IMG/VR virus record: IMGVR_UViG_3300027896_005002
Location: 310,001-374,000 of that record
Reading direction: 5' to 3' (one strand)
DNA: 64,000 bases
Shown: in pieces, positions 27,189-37,946 of the stretch
Layout: each line of letters starts with the position of its first letter
Numbering within the stretch: the first letter of the stretch is position 1
Position numbers and translations under genes: made by a program
Notes under the pieces: model-generated
Told to the model about the DNA's origin: nothing
The model's input: the letters and a program-made list of their open reading frames with translations, nothing else
The model's database searches: none

Positions 27189-28655
27189 ATGAAACATTTA
27201 GCAAAAATACAATCTGAATTTATTAAATCTGCATTAACCAAGGCAGATATAAATTTGTCTGTAGTGGCTACTTCTCAAAATCAACTAATGTTTTTTACTA
27301 AAGAACAAAGCAAGCATTTCAATGATTTCATTGGTGAAAAAAATGAATTAAACGTTAGACATAATGCTAACAATTCAATAATATATGTTGGCTGTGGTAA
27401 TGAAAATCAAATCACTCAACATGTTATTCGTAGTGCTACATCATTCGGCATTCAAAAAGCACAACATTTAAACTGGCAAAAAATATCTGTTATTATTCCA
27501 CCGTGGTTTAATAATACATATAAATATGCGTGTATAGAAGGAACATTACTTGGGTCATATATTTTTGATGAATATAGATCAATAAAAAAGCCAAAAATTT
27601 TAATAGAAATTGTTGATAAAGATTTTTCCACTGAACAATTGGAAGAAATTAAAATAATTTGTAATTGTACAAATTATGCTAGAGATCTTACAAACAGAAA
27701 TGCAAGTGATAAATATCCTGAGAAATATGCCGAAGAAATTAGTAATCTTTTTTCAAAATACAATGTAACAATTAATATTTTAACAGAAAAAGAAATTGTA
27801 GAAAAAGGACTAGGTCTTTTAAATGCTGTTAGTAGTGGTTCACCAAAACCTCCTCGATTAATTATTCTCCAATATAAAGGTAATCCTACATCAAAAGAAA
27901 ATATTGCTATTATAGGCAAGGGCATCATATTTGACACTGGTGGACTAGATCTCAAAGAAGAAAATATGAAATATATGCGAAGAGATATGGCTGGCAGTGC
28001 AGTAGTTGCTGCATTAATGAAAGCTATTTGCGAATTAAAAATGCAAATAAATATTACTGGAGTGATGCCATTATCTTATAATTCAGTCGACGCAAAATCA
28101 TATCTTCCTGGTGATATTTATAAATCATATGATGGAAAAACAGTTCAAATTGATAATACTGACGCTGAAGGTCGATTAGTTCTTGCAGATGCTATTGCTT
28201 ATTGTAAAAAGAATTATAATCCAACAATGATAATTGATGTTGCAACATTAACAAAAGCCGTTTCAACTGCATTAGGTAAAATCGCTGCTGGTCTATTTAG
28301 TAATGATGATGATTTAGCTAAAAATTTAATAGAAGCCGGTTTAAGAACCAATGAAAAATTATGGCGTTTACCATTATATAAAGAATATGAAGAATCTATT
28401 CGTAGTGATCTTGCAGATTTAAAAAATTCTGATGAATATGAACAAGCAAAATCTGCTATGGGTGCTGCTTTCCTTAAACAATTCGTTGGACAAACTCCAT
28501 GGGCACATCTTGATATTGCAGGTGTAGCTTACATTGAAAGATTAGGCGATGCACCAGAACATTTATCTCATGGTGAAGATCCTCATTATGCTACAGGTTT
28601 TGGCGTTAGATTATTATGGCAATATCTTAAAAATAAAATAAGGATTACTAAATGA
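27189..28655 (+). CDS. pepA: M17 leucyl aminopeptidase with N-terminal MKHLxxIQSEF tag
   Basis: IGKGIIFDTGGLDLK, DMAG, NTDAEGRL, DVATLT, WRLPL, WAHLDIAG, ATGFGVRLL. Confidence 0.95.
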   Translation: MKHLAKIQSEFIKSALTKADINLSVVATSQNQLMFFTKEQSKHFNDFIGEKNELNVRHNANNSIIYVGCGNENQITQHVIRSATSFGIQKAQHLNWQKISVIIPPWFNNTYKYACIEGTLLGSYIFDEYRSIKKPKILIEIVDKDFSTEQLEEIKIICNCTNYARDLTNRNASDKYPEKYAEEISNLFSKYNVTINILTEKEIVEKGLGLLNAVSSGSPKPPRLIILQYKGNPTSKENIAIIGKGIIFDTGGLDLKEENMKYMRRDMAGSAVVAALMKAICELKMQINITGVMPLSYNSVDAKSYLPGDIYKSYDGKTVQIDNTDAEGRLVLADAIAYCKKNYNPTMIIDVATLTKAVSTALGKIAAGLFSNDDDLAKNLIEAGLRTNEKLWRLPLYKEYEESIRSDLADLKNSDEYEQAKSAMGAAFLKQFVGQTPWAHLDIAGVAYIERLGDAPEHLSHGEDPHYATGFGVRLLWQYLKNKIRITK

Positions 28656-29068
28656 AGCATTTAGCAACAATTCAGTCTGAATTTTTAAAAGAAGCTCGCA
28701 AATGGGATAGTTTATCTGAAAAACAACAACGAGCTTATTTAAAAAGACATCCAAAATCTAAAAGAAGATTAACTTTTAAATCAAAACCAAAAACTAATGT
28801 TATAGATGATGACGATGAACTAGATAGATTCATTACAGATTTTAGTGAAAAACATAATAGCGCTGCAGAAATATGGATGTCAGATACTTCAAAAGAAAAA
28901 TTAAAAAAGTTATATGATTCAAAAAAATATAAATTTAAAAGTATAATAAAAGATATTGAAGATGTAAAAGATGATTATATTGAAAAAATGAAAGATAGAG
29001 GTTGGAAATTATTTGAAGATGAAGATAATATAGATCAAATTGAATTTATTTTTTACAAGGCAAAATAA
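28652..29068 (+). CDS. tagged hypothetical protein (putative head-internal protein)
   Basis: Starts MKHLATIQSEFLKEARKWDSLSEKQQRAYLKRHPKSKRRLT. Confidence 0.85.
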   Translation: MKHLATIQSEFLKEARKWDSLSEKQQRAYLKRHPKSKRRLTFKSKPKTNVIDDDDELDRFITDFSEKHNSAAEIWMSDTSKEKLKKLYDSKKYKFKSIIKDIEDVKDDYIEKMKDRGWKLFEDEDNIDQIEFIFYKAK

Positions 29069-29069
29069 T

Positions 29070-29645
29070 ATGAAACATTTGTCTCAAATACAATTAGAAT
29101 TTGTTAAAAATGCTGCTTGGGACGATTATTCTGAAAGTCAACAACAGCGATATCTCAGACGACATCAAAAATCAAAATTAAGACCAACTACACATGATCC
29201 TAAAACTTGTAGAAATTGTGGCAGTCAACTTAGAATTAAAGATCATGGTACTTGGGAAGGATATCATTGTCCTAGTTGTGGTCAAGGTGGTTCAAGAACT
29301 AAAAAATGTCATTTAAAAAATAAAGGATGGCGTCCACCATTTCATAGTCCTATTCTTTCTACACCTAGTTCAGATTTTCAAAAAACAATAGCTGATCAAT
29401 TTACAGATACTGTGGACATTAAACCTGAATTTTATAATGCAAAAACTCGAACATTTAGTTTCGAATTATCAGATGTTAATATTGGTTCTGCTCCTAAAGT
29501 AATTACTTTAAGAAATCCAAAAACAAATACATCTGAAAAATTTATTCAATATAAAGTCGACAAAGATTCGACCGGAGAAGATACTTATGGTTGGCATTAT
29601 CTAAGTGAAGGCGGAAAATACAATTTACTTATCATAAATGATTAG
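29070..29645 (+). CDS. tagged hypothetical protein with zinc ribbon
   Basis: ATG 29070 gives MKHLSQIQLEFVKNAAW...; CRNC...CPSC. Confidence 0.85.
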   Translation: MKHLSQIQLEFVKNAAWDDYSESQQQRYLRRHQKSKLRPTTHDPKTCRNCGSQLRIKDHGTWEGYHCPSCGQGGSRTKKCHLKNKGWRPPFHSPILSTPSSDFQKTIADQFTDTVDIKPEFYNAKTRTFSFELSDVNIGSAPKVITLRNPKTNTSEKFIQYKVDKDSTGEDTYGWHYLSEGGKYNLLIIND

Positions 29646-30414
29646 AGAGATAGGAACACTAATGGCTGCGACTCAATCGATAAAATTAAAAGATCATATT
29701 AATAAGATTTTTTCAGATTGTGAAGAACATTTTTCCTATCCTCATTTTACACAATATTTTGATAAAAAACCGGTTAACCTAAAAGACTTCTTATCTATTC
29801 GTAATAATCCAATTAATGTTATGCCAGAATCTGATGATGATTGGGATAATCTAGTAAATATCATAAAACGACATGAATCTAGTGACGGTATTATGTCTTT
29901 ACAAGAATGTAAAGAAGATACTAAAGAACGAATAGAAAAAATACTTTCATATTTATCATGTCCAAATTCTTTTCTGTTTTTAAACGTCGGTTCTTTCCAC
30001 AATAATGTTTTTAACAGTGATAAAAGAATGATAAATATGATTAAAAACCGACTTAAAGAAGAAAAATTTAGATTTATTGTATCTTCTGCTAATTATGTCA
30101 TGATGAAAAATGGACATAATACATTTCTAGAAACATTATTAAAACATCCTGATAAAGGTGTTGTTGTTAACGCTGGTAAAAGAATGCCACTGCATTTCAT
30201 TTCCGTAGCATATGATAGTGTTTGTGGACCAAGAACATTAATTAGCTTTGAACATGAACATGATGAGTCACAAAATATTAGAAAACGATATACCCCTTAC
30301 AGTATAAAGTCTCTCAATCTACTATATGCCTCACAATTAAAACAAATACTCAAAAATGGCTTCCTTGTACAATCAGTCAACGACTTTGAGGAATATAATG
30401 GACTCTACGCATGA
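29638..30414 (+). CDS. hypothetical protein
   Basis: 258-aa ORF overlapping both neighbours. Confidence 0.75.
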   Translation: MIREIGTLMAATQSIKLKDHINKIFSDCEEHFSYPHFTQYFDKKPVNLKDFLSIRNNPINVMPESDDDWDNLVNIIKRHESSDGIMSLQECKEDTKERIEKILSYLSCPNSFLFLNVGSFHNNVFNSDKRMINMIKNRLKEEKFRFIVSSANYVMMKNGHNTFLETLLKHPDKGVVVNAGKRMPLHFISVAYDSVCGPRTLISFEHEHDESQNIRKRYTPYSIKSLNLLYASQLKQILKNGFLVQSVNDFEEYNGLYA

Positions 30415-31360
30415 AGGATTAATCCGAGAAAATAAAATACTGAATCACCAAAACAAAAAGCTCACGTCTGTTGTTTTATCAATGTTAGAATGTCTAGAAT
30501 GCAAAGATGGATATACTCATAGTCATTCCAAAAGAGTCGGTGAGTTTGCTGTTTTATTAGCTATTGCAGCCGACTATCAAGGTCAATGTGATGTATTAAA
30601 AAAAGGTTGTCTCCTTCATGACATTGGCAAAATTGCAGTCATGGACTCTTTACTTAAAAGAAAAAGTGACTTGTCAAATAATGAATTAAAATACCTCAGA
30701 ACTACACACGAAGTCGTCGGCTATAAAATGTTAGCAGGATTTGATGAAGGTGTCATTCCACCATTCATTGCGGGCTTTCATCATACAAAATTTTGTAATT
30801 TAGATGATGATATACTTAATGCTAAATTAAAATTTGGTACTGAACATGACATTAAAAAAATGAGTAAAAATATGATTGAAGAAATAAAAAATCATATTTC
30901 TATTGCAAGAATTGCAGATTGCTTTGATGCTATTGTTACAGAAAGACCTTATCATCCAAAAAGAACATTAGAAGAAGGAAAAGACTTATTAAGAAAATTA
31001 ATAGCTGAACAACATGTTCATCCTAAATTTGGTGAATTTTTTTTAAATGAAGATAATAAAAAATTGCAAACTATTTTAGAAATGTATCCACAACAATTTT
31101 ATGAAATACCAGATATTCATCCGTATGATGTATCACAATCTCAACGAACATTAACGTCTTCTTATAATGAAGATATTAAATATCTCTTTTCATTCTGTAA
31201 AAGTGTTAAATCTAAATATAAAGAAAATGACAAAGGAAGCAATTTTATTTATATTGAAACATTGCATGATAAGAAGATAGATCCAGCATGTTCACCACTT
31301 ATTCTTAGTCAATCAGATCATAAAAACTTTATTTCATATTTATCTAATATGGAATCTTAA
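30398..31360 (+). CDS. HD-GYP-like metal-dependent phosphohydrolase
   Basis: D.YTHSHS.RV, LLHDIGK, H...GY, HH, IADCFDA, RPY; start placed at ATG 30398 (GAGG RBS). Confidence 0.85.
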   Translation: MDSTHEGLIRENKILNHQNKKLTSVVLSMLECLECKDGYTHSHSKRVGEFAVLLAIAADYQGQCDVLKKGCLLHDIGKIAVMDSLLKRKSDLSNNELKYLRTTHEVVGYKMLAGFDEGVIPPFIAGFHHTKFCNLDDDILNAKLKFGTEHDIKKMSKNMIEEIKNHISIARIADCFDAIVTERPYHPKRTLEEGKDLLRKLIAEQHVHPKFGEFFLNEDNKKLQTILEMYPQQFYEIPDIHPYDVSQSQRTLTSSYNEDIKYLFSFCKSVKSKYKENDKGSNFIYIETLHDKKIDPACSPLILSQSDHKNFISYLSNMES

Positions 31361-32838
31361 TTAAAACTTTCTACTATTTTAAATCGTCTTTCGCCTTCAC
31401 AAATTTCTCGTCTCTTTTTATAATGACCCAACAAATATCGAACGCTATCTCTAAAATCTATAACTATAGCATCCTTTTTTCCAGGTGACAATCTCAATAC
31501 TCTACCAATTCTCTGAATCATTCTTGTCGGTGACTTTCCTCCACCAGCTAATATAAGTGAATCTAAAGCCGGTATGTTCAGACCCTCATCAGCCAATGTC
31601 GTCCCAATAATCACATCCAATTTTTTGTCACGAATTTGATCAATATATTTTTTTCTAACCATCTTGTCAACATGACTATAAATAAATTCAACTGATATAC
31701 CAGTTTCTTTAATTAACTTCAATAAAATTTTGCCATGATTTATTGTCGTAACGGTTATTAATACAGACTTTTTCAATTCTTTTAATCTGGAAACACAATC
31801 TTTTATCAAATTATTTCTATATCCATTTTTTACAATATATTTATTATATAAGGTTCTATATCTTTGACGTTTATATAAATATTTAGTTGATGGTAATCCA
31901 GGTAAAAAATAAATCGTTGGCGGCACTAAATATCCATGATCTATCAAATAAGAAGCTGTTACTTTACCTATTATACTTCCGGCATATGCCTGCAAAATCA
32001 TATCGCGCCCGTCACCAGATTGAGGTGTCGCTGATAATCCTCCTCTAAAAAATGCTCTTTTACAAGCCTTCATGACATTTACATATCCAGTGGCTCTTAA
32101 ATGGTGACACTCATCAATTAATACACATTCAACTTCTTCAATAAATTTTCTAAGATCGTTATATTTAACAAAACTTTTCCTTACTATTTCATCGTGTTCC
32201 ATTAATTCTTTTTCATCATCATCAAATGGAATATATTTTTTATCTAAAGCTGCATGAATTGTTTGAATCATACAGACATTTATTTGTTTAATGTCACATA
32301 ATCCACCACCAATTCGACCAATTGGTATTTTTAACAGTTTAGATAATTCATCATATGATTGTTCAAACAAATCACCAGTATGAACAATAAATATAGATTT
32401 TAAATTTAATTTTGCAAGTATTGCTGCTGCTATTATAGTTTTTCCACCACCAGTAGCTACTTGAATTATAAATCTTTCTCGTTCAATAGCATTATCAATA
32501 ATTAATTTTTGAAAATTATATGGTTTGACGACATGTAGTTTTAGTGAAGGTCTTTTTTGAGGTTCTACACGATTATCAATTACATCATATTTTATATTAT
32601 TTTCCTCAAAAACTTCAATTGCTTTTGAACATAAACCGGTGGGAAAGGACTGTTTCAATTTGTTAAAAAGATTATGTTCGACAGTTGCAAAATCAAATCC
32701 ATTATATTCCAATGTTTCATATTTCATTATTTCAGATAGTTTACCTATAATAAAAATCGACACTTCACCAGTTAATGAAGTATTAATATTTCCAATATTC
32801 ATCATAATCATAAATCTTAACCTATTAATTTTTATCAA
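31357..32838 (-). CDS. superfamily 2 DExH helicase (UvsW-like)
   Basis: ATGGGKT, DECHH, LSAT, EGLNIP, QRIGRVLR. Confidence 0.92.
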   Translation of the reverse strand: MIKINRLRFMIMMNIGNINTSLTGEVSIFIIGKLSEIMKYETLEYNGFDFATVEHNLFNKLKQSFPTGLCSKAIEVFEENNIKYDVIDNRVEPQKRPSLKLHVVKPYNFQKLIIDNAIERERFIIQVATGGGKTIIAAAILAKLNLKSIFIVHTGDLFEQSYDELSKLLKIPIGRIGGGLCDIKQINVCMIQTIHAALDKKYIPFDDDEKELMEHDEIVRKSFVKYNDLRKFIEEVECVLIDECHHLRATGYVNVMKACKRAFFRGGLSATPQSGDGRDMILQAYAGSIIGKVTASYLIDHGYLVPPTIYFLPGLPSTKYLYKRQRYRTLYNKYIVKNGYRNNLIKDCVSRLKELKKSVLITVTTINHGKILLKLIKETGISVEFIYSHVDKMVRKKYIDQIRDKKLDVIIGTTLADEGLNIPALDSLILAGGGKSPTRMIQRIGRVLRLSPGKKDAIVIDFRDSVRYLLGHYKKRREICEGERRFKIVESFN

Positions 32839-32995
32839 GTTAAATAATCACAACAAAAACCATAGTATCAACACTACTTATAACTAGTTGATTCTGTTAA
32901 GATTATATCATATAGGTTTTCAACCACTTTTTGACCTGTTTTTTGTTAATTAGTGTGATTATAATAATATAATATAATATAAACAAGGAGGATTT

Positions 32996-34402
32996 ATGAA
33001 GTACAAAGTTTTTTTAATTGTCAGTCTTTTTTGTATGTCGGGCATCGCATCATCAAATGATACGATGAAATTTTATGATAGGGTAATATGTGATTCAACC
33101 GGAACAAATGTTTACGGCAAAGCCGTAACAGTTTACACATGTTACAAAATGATTCTTCAGTCGAAAATAAACGAGTACATTGAAAATGTGCTTTTAGCTA
33201 ATGGATGGTCAAGAACCATTAGCTCAAATGACACAAATTGTCATATTACATTATTGAATAAAGTAAACAGTGATTCATTCGTTGCACTTGACACTTCGTT
33301 ATATACATACAACAAATCAACACATACTTACTTTCTTTCAGGATTATTTACGGATTACACAAACCTTTATTATAGCGTGGATTCAAAAGTTGTAAAATCG
33401 TATTTAATTACTGAAGCATTTGATTGCCCAAACAATGGCAAAACAATTTTCATCATCAGACCGATAAATGGCGGTAACACTTATCGGGATACTACTACGA
33501 TGCACTATAGAGGATATGATACAATTAACGTAAAGAATGTTGACACCACCAGATTATCTCCCGCAAAGAAAGAAATTGCTGCCGGTGATTCTGTCAAACT
33601 TGGAACAATCGCACTTATGTCATCATACAAAAATATTTCATGGAAAGTAAATGACACAAATTGTCATATTTGCAAAATTGATTCAACAAGATATTGCTGG
33701 ATTTCAGCAACCATTTCAAAATCCTATGTAATCACTGAATCTTACGACAATGACAACACAAAATCTTATATGGTCAATAATAACCCGCTTATAGAATTTA
33801 TAGGCGCTTACAACCCGCCGCCTGCTCATTATAAATCATATGATACTGTAAAAGTAAAAGCTGGAAAGACGACGACAATGAGTTTCAAAGCCGATACTTT
33901 ACGAAAAACTGCACTTCGAGCAATAATTTTTGGAAGCTCAAAAGCTGACAGTCTTGATATCAAACCAATCAATAGCAAATTGGATACAGTACATACTTTT
34001 CAAACAAGTGGCAAAGTTTACATAGTACAATATGACAAATACGGTAATTATGCAGGACTTGCAACTGATTCAATGACAATCAAATTTTCCAGCAATTATA
34101 TGTCGGCAATAGCAAATCATGGAGAAATTACCATCACCAGATTAAAAACTGATAATACTTCAAATATTACGGATAATATGATTGTAACATGTGATTCCAT
34201 AAATGCAAGTATCGCTTGCACACTCAAACCAATTACTATGACTGAAGTTCTTTACACTAATTCAATTCAGCAACATCATGAAAAACTAATAATAAAAATG
34301 CTCAGTATTAATGGTCGGTCATTACCAACAGTTATGAAAACATCCTCAATAAAATGTATCCAAATTAATTCAAACACTGCAAAAATTATTACAAGATTTT
34401 AA
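32996..34402 (+). CDS. secreted/surface protein with signal peptide and internal duplication
   Basis: MKYKVFLIVSLFCMSGIA signal-like N-terminus; NDTNCHI and KSY.ITE each occur twice; AGGAGG RBS; own terminator. Confidence 0.75.
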   Translation: MKYKVFLIVSLFCMSGIASSNDTMKFYDRVICDSTGTNVYGKAVTVYTCYKMILQSKINEYIENVLLANGWSRTISSNDTNCHITLLNKVNSDSFVALDTSLYTYNKSTHTYFLSGLFTDYTNLYYSVDSKVVKSYLITEAFDCPNNGKTIFIIRPINGGNTYRDTTTMHYRGYDTINVKNVDTTRLSPAKKEIAAGDSVKLGTIALMSSYKNISWKVNDTNCHICKIDSTRYCWISATISKSYVITESYDNDNTKSYMVNNNPLIEFIGAYNPPPAHYKSYDTVKVKAGKTTTMSFKADTLRKTALRAIIFGSSKADSLDIKPINSKLDTVHTFQTSGKVYIVQYDKYGNYAGLATDSMTIKFSSNYMSAIANHGEITITRLKTDNTSNITDNMIVTCDSINASIACTLKPITMTEVLYTNSIQQHHEKLIIKMLSINGRSLPTVMKTSSIKCIQINSNTAKIITRF

Positions 34403-34418
34403 GAAAAAGATTTGAAGT

Positions 34419-34444
34419 AAAAAAGGACCTTCGGGTCCTTTTTT
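34419..34444. terminator. bidirectional intrinsic terminator
   Basis: A-tract, GGACC-TTCG-GGTCC, T-tract between convergent genes. Confidence 0.92.
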
Positions 34445-34943
34445 ATTTATGATTAGTCACAGCCATTTTTAGTCGAAAAAAAACTGATGATATTAAATTA
34501 CGCAATGGATGATCCATAGGTCTTGATGCGCCATGAGATAAAATACGAGGATCAATATGACCATTTTTATCGTGCGAGGGAATTAAATAATATCTATTAA
34601 CAATATTTTTATTATCCATGTCAATAATTTCAAAATCAACTAAATCAGGTTGATTTTTAATTACTCGAATTCTTAAACTGTCAATATGATTTGAACAATC
34701 TATTTTAGGTTCTGCAGTACATCCATAGCACTGACAGTTTTTACAGCAAGATTTTTCCCATAATTCCCTAAATTCAGAAGCATGATCTTTTATCCAATTT
34801 ATATAAAAGGTTTCAATTTCATGACCAGTATTATCTTTTCCTAAATCACGACGAGCTTTCTCACTTTCAATCCATTTTGATCTGTTTATTTCATCTATCT
34901 GTTTATCTAAAAAATGTTTTAATTGTGCTGCATTTTTTGTCAT
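34443..34943 (-). CDS. hypothetical protein (DUF4032-like N-terminus)
   Basis: EINRSKWIESEKARRDLG...WI..H...FR, followed by a Cys cluster. Confidence 0.65.
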   Translation of the reverse strand: MTKNAAQLKHFLDKQIDEINRSKWIESEKARRDLGKDNTGHEIETFYINWIKDHASEFRELWEKSCCKNCQCYGCTAEPKIDCSNHIDSLRIRVIKNQPDLVDFEIIDMDNKNIVNRYYLIPSHDKNGHIDPRILSHGASRPMDHPLRNLISSVFFRLKMAVTNHK

Positions 34944-34949
34944 TTGTCC

Positions 34950-37946
34950 TCAACTTTTTATCAACGGTCTCTTGTTAATAAAAAAGAAATCCACTGCAAT
35001 GCTTACTGCATTTGTTGGATAAAATGTATCGTTTGATGGTACAAAATTATTATTTAAATCATGAGTTGTTAATGTCCAAACATAAAGAACCAGCTCATTT
35101 TGTAAACCAAAATTAGCAGTTGCAAGCCCAAAAATTACAGCTTGCTTTAAATCAGTTGGTCCAAACAAACCATATAACATTTGTTGTAACATTGCAGCTT
35201 TTGCAGTCGTTGCTTGATTTCCGCCTCGTTCTACAGAATATGAACCAGGATTATATATTGCAGTAACAATATCACCTTCAGTTAATGGTGTTGCTACACC
35301 AATTTCTGAAGCATCAAAAACTTTTCTAAACGAATAACATACCGGTATATCACCAGTTGCTCCTAAAATGACTCCTGCATCTGGATCATACTGACCTTGC
35401 ACATCTGCCCGTTTTACTGATGATTCAAATCCTAATGGTGTTGGTAAATAAGAAATTATAGATCTTGGATACTTAATTGCATCAATACCAATTTGTGAAT
35501 ATTCTGTTCCACCAGTACCATCAGTATGAATAAATCCCATCATTGATTTTAATACACCTTGTAATTGTACTAATTCAACAAAACCTTGATATGGTAAATA
35601 TTTATAAATCATTTTAATTAACGCACCATTATGAGGTACTCCAATATAATCTAAATCTAAATATAATGTTTGACCCGTAACAACACCGGTTCCTGACCTT
35701 AATTTAATTGTATTAGTAGTAGGATCAGAATCATCTGAATTGTAATCATTATATACACTAACATCAGAAGTTAATATACTTCTATGAGTTATATTATATT
35801 GACTTGCAATACCTGTTGCAATATATTGAGTTCCAGTTGTATAATGAACCAGAATAAATTGATTTACATGTCCACCACTAGTTTGTCTAAATACTGGAAC
35901 GTATGAACCACCGCTACCATATAATAATTCAATCGAAGTTGGATCTAAAACAGATGTAATTTTTGCAAAAGAGTATCCACTTGTAGGATGAACAAAAACA
36001 TTACTTACTATTGCACTTGGATGTTCTGCTGCAGGCAATGTTGTAGCTACTTCATTTCCTCCACTAGCAGCATCATAAATACCACGTATAAACCACACAT
36101 GATTTCGTCTAAATGGTAAACATACTAATCTAGTAGCTGCATCATAATTATTAGCAGATATTGTTCGAGTTGTTCCATCAATAGTTGTCGTTGATGAAAT
36201 TAATGGATGAATATTTATTGTTTTACTTCTATTATCAACATTATAATTTGATAAATAAAATGGAGGTGTAAAAACAGTAGAATTTCCCATATGACTAAAA
36301 TCTAACTGTTTAGTATGTCTTGATGTTAATTGTATTGATTTATTCAATAAATCAACTTCTCCTGCAATATTTGGCATTCTTAAAACACCAGTATGCGGAA
36401 AATAAGCAGCAGATACAGTTGGATATGATGAAGCATTAATATAATTTAATTTTAATAATTGATCAGGCGAATATGTTAATCCATAATTTTGTGGATAAAG
36501 TACATCAAACTGTATCCACAATTCCTGATTTGTTAATGAAGCATTAATTCCTAATGTAAAAGTAGCTGCAGCTGTGTCAAGTCCTGCCCATGCTCCTTGA
36601 ACTGTTACTAAACCACCACCAATTATATTTTGAAAATAAACTGCCACACTCGTTGATTGAATTACTGTACCTACCGGTGACCCATGAGGCGCTTTAACTC
36701 TAATTGTATTACCTGCAGTCCAGTTTCCAACTCCACTTACTCTATAAAAATCTTGAGAAGAATCCATATCGCCAATATTTAATCTAAATACTTTTATGCC
36801 AGAAAAATAACTAGTGTATTTATCAATATCAGCATTTGATGTATCATCACTCCATGCTGATCTAATTCTATCACAAACACTAATAACTGAATAATTAGTT
36901 ATACTAGTATTACTAATAGCATCATATTGCAATAATTCTCGTTCACGAACTTTATTTTTACCCATTAATAAATCATTAACTGCAGTTTTTAAAATCTCAT
37001 TAGCACTATAATCTCTACTAAGTACTAAATGTCTTAAATCAATAACATCAGTTTCATCAACTGAATTATAAAATAATCCATCAGGTCTATCTGATACTCC
37101 GCCTATAGCTATACCAGAACCAAATTGGTTCGTTTCATCATTATAAGCAATTGTATTTCTTCTAAAAATAAGTGCTATAGGTATTGCATATGTGTATCCA
37201 TCAATGGTTTGTAATTGCGTTCTTGATGCAAAATCACCATTTCCTGCTCTCCATAAGCCATAATCTCCAATTGCTGCTCCCATATTAGTATACAAAAATG
37301 AACCAATTGGAGAAATAGCTGCACCTTGACCAAATGTTTGACTATCAAATATATTAGTACGTTGTTTATTTGGAACTGTAACATTTTGTTGTATTCTTAT
37401 TCTATATTGAATCTGCACTCTTTTTGTTGATTCACCGGGTGTTGGTAATAAAGCAGGATCAATAATATCATCAGGTAAAATTTCAGAAACTATAGTGTTT
37501 TGTACATTTCCATCTTTATAAATTCCTGCAGATGATGGTTTATGTGTTGTTGTTCCACCACTAATAATTGTTTTCCATACTTCAAGAAAGACAAAATCAT
37601 ATCTTTCAGAACTTGAAGCAGCTGGAAGAATTATACTATTATGTGTATTATTAAACACGGGACTAACATTAACTTGACAACCATTAACAATTGCAACATC
37701 ATCTGACATTACAAACATATTAGAATAAGACACATTTAATGGATCAAATGTAAATAAATCTACTTTGTAGAATCCACTTTGATAATTACTTTTGATATAA
37801 TTTTGTAATCTATTAGACATTATATCAAAATGTAAATTCCAATCTGCATCCATTACAGGTTTTCCATGTTGCCAAATAATGGTGTCAAAAGATCTATTAT
37901 CTGGCTGTAATGTTCTAGATACTGTTAAACCATAATCGGTCGTCAT
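34950..37946 (-). CDS. virion structural protein (baseplate/tail-fibre associated)
   Basis: Q.GKPVMDADWN, RYDFVFLEVW, RVQIQYRIR, YAIPIA...RRN, RPDGLF...D..DLR pattern typical of large-myovirus fibre-anchor proteins. Confidence 0.75.
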   Translation of the reverse strand: MTTDYGLTVSRTLQPDNRSFDTIIWQHGKPVMDADWNLHFDIMSNRLQNYIKSNYQSGFYKVDLFTFDPLNVSYSNMFVMSDDVAIVNGCQVNVSPVFNNTHNSIILPAASSSERYDFVFLEVWKTIISGGTTTHKPSSAGIYKDGNVQNTIVSEILPDDIIDPALLPTPGESTKRVQIQYRIRIQQNVTVPNKQRTNIFDSQTFGQGAAISPIGSFLYTNMGAAIGDYGLWRAGNGDFASRTQLQTIDGYTYAIPIALIFRRNTIAYNDETNQFGSGIAIGGVSDRPDGLFYNSVDETDVIDLRHLVLSRDYSANEILKTAVNDLLMGKNKVRERELLQYDAISNTSITNYSVISVCDRIRSAWSDDTSNADIDKYTSYFSGIKVFRLNIGDMDSSQDFYRVSGVGNWTAGNTIRVKAPHGSPVGTVIQSTSVAVYFQNIIGGGLVTVQGAWAGLDTAAATFTLGINASLTNQELWIQFDVLYPQNYGLTYSPDQLLKLNYINASSYPTVSAAYFPHTGVLRMPNIAGEVDLLNKSIQLTSRHTKQLDFSHMGNSTVFTPPFYLSNYNVDNRSKTINIHPLISSTTTIDGTTRTISANNYDAATRLVCLPFRRNHVWFIRGIYDAASGGNEVATTLPAAEHPSAIVSNVFVHPTSGYSFAKITSVLDPTSIELLYGSGGSYVPVFRQTSGGHVNQFILVHYTTGTQYIATGIASQYNITHRSILTSDVSVYNDYNSDDSDPTTNTIKLRSGTGVVTGQTLYLDLDYIGVPHNGALIKMIYKYLPYQGFVELVQLQGVLKSMMGFIHTDGTGGTEYSQIGIDAIKYPRSIISYLPTPLGFESSVKRADVQGQYDPDAGVILGATGDIPVCYSFRKVFDASEIGVATPLTEGDIVTAIYNPGSYSVERGGNQATTAKAAMLQQMLYGLFGPTDLKQAVIFGLATANFGLQNELVLYVWTLTTHDLNNNFVPSNDTFYPTNAVSIAVDFFFINKRPLIKS

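Noticed and set aside
12750-32915. TATATGAT motif upstream of the loader, rtcB and SF2 helicase as a phage-specific promoter
   Set aside because: Only three AT-rich instances with no consistent -35 or spacing; not separable from background without computation.
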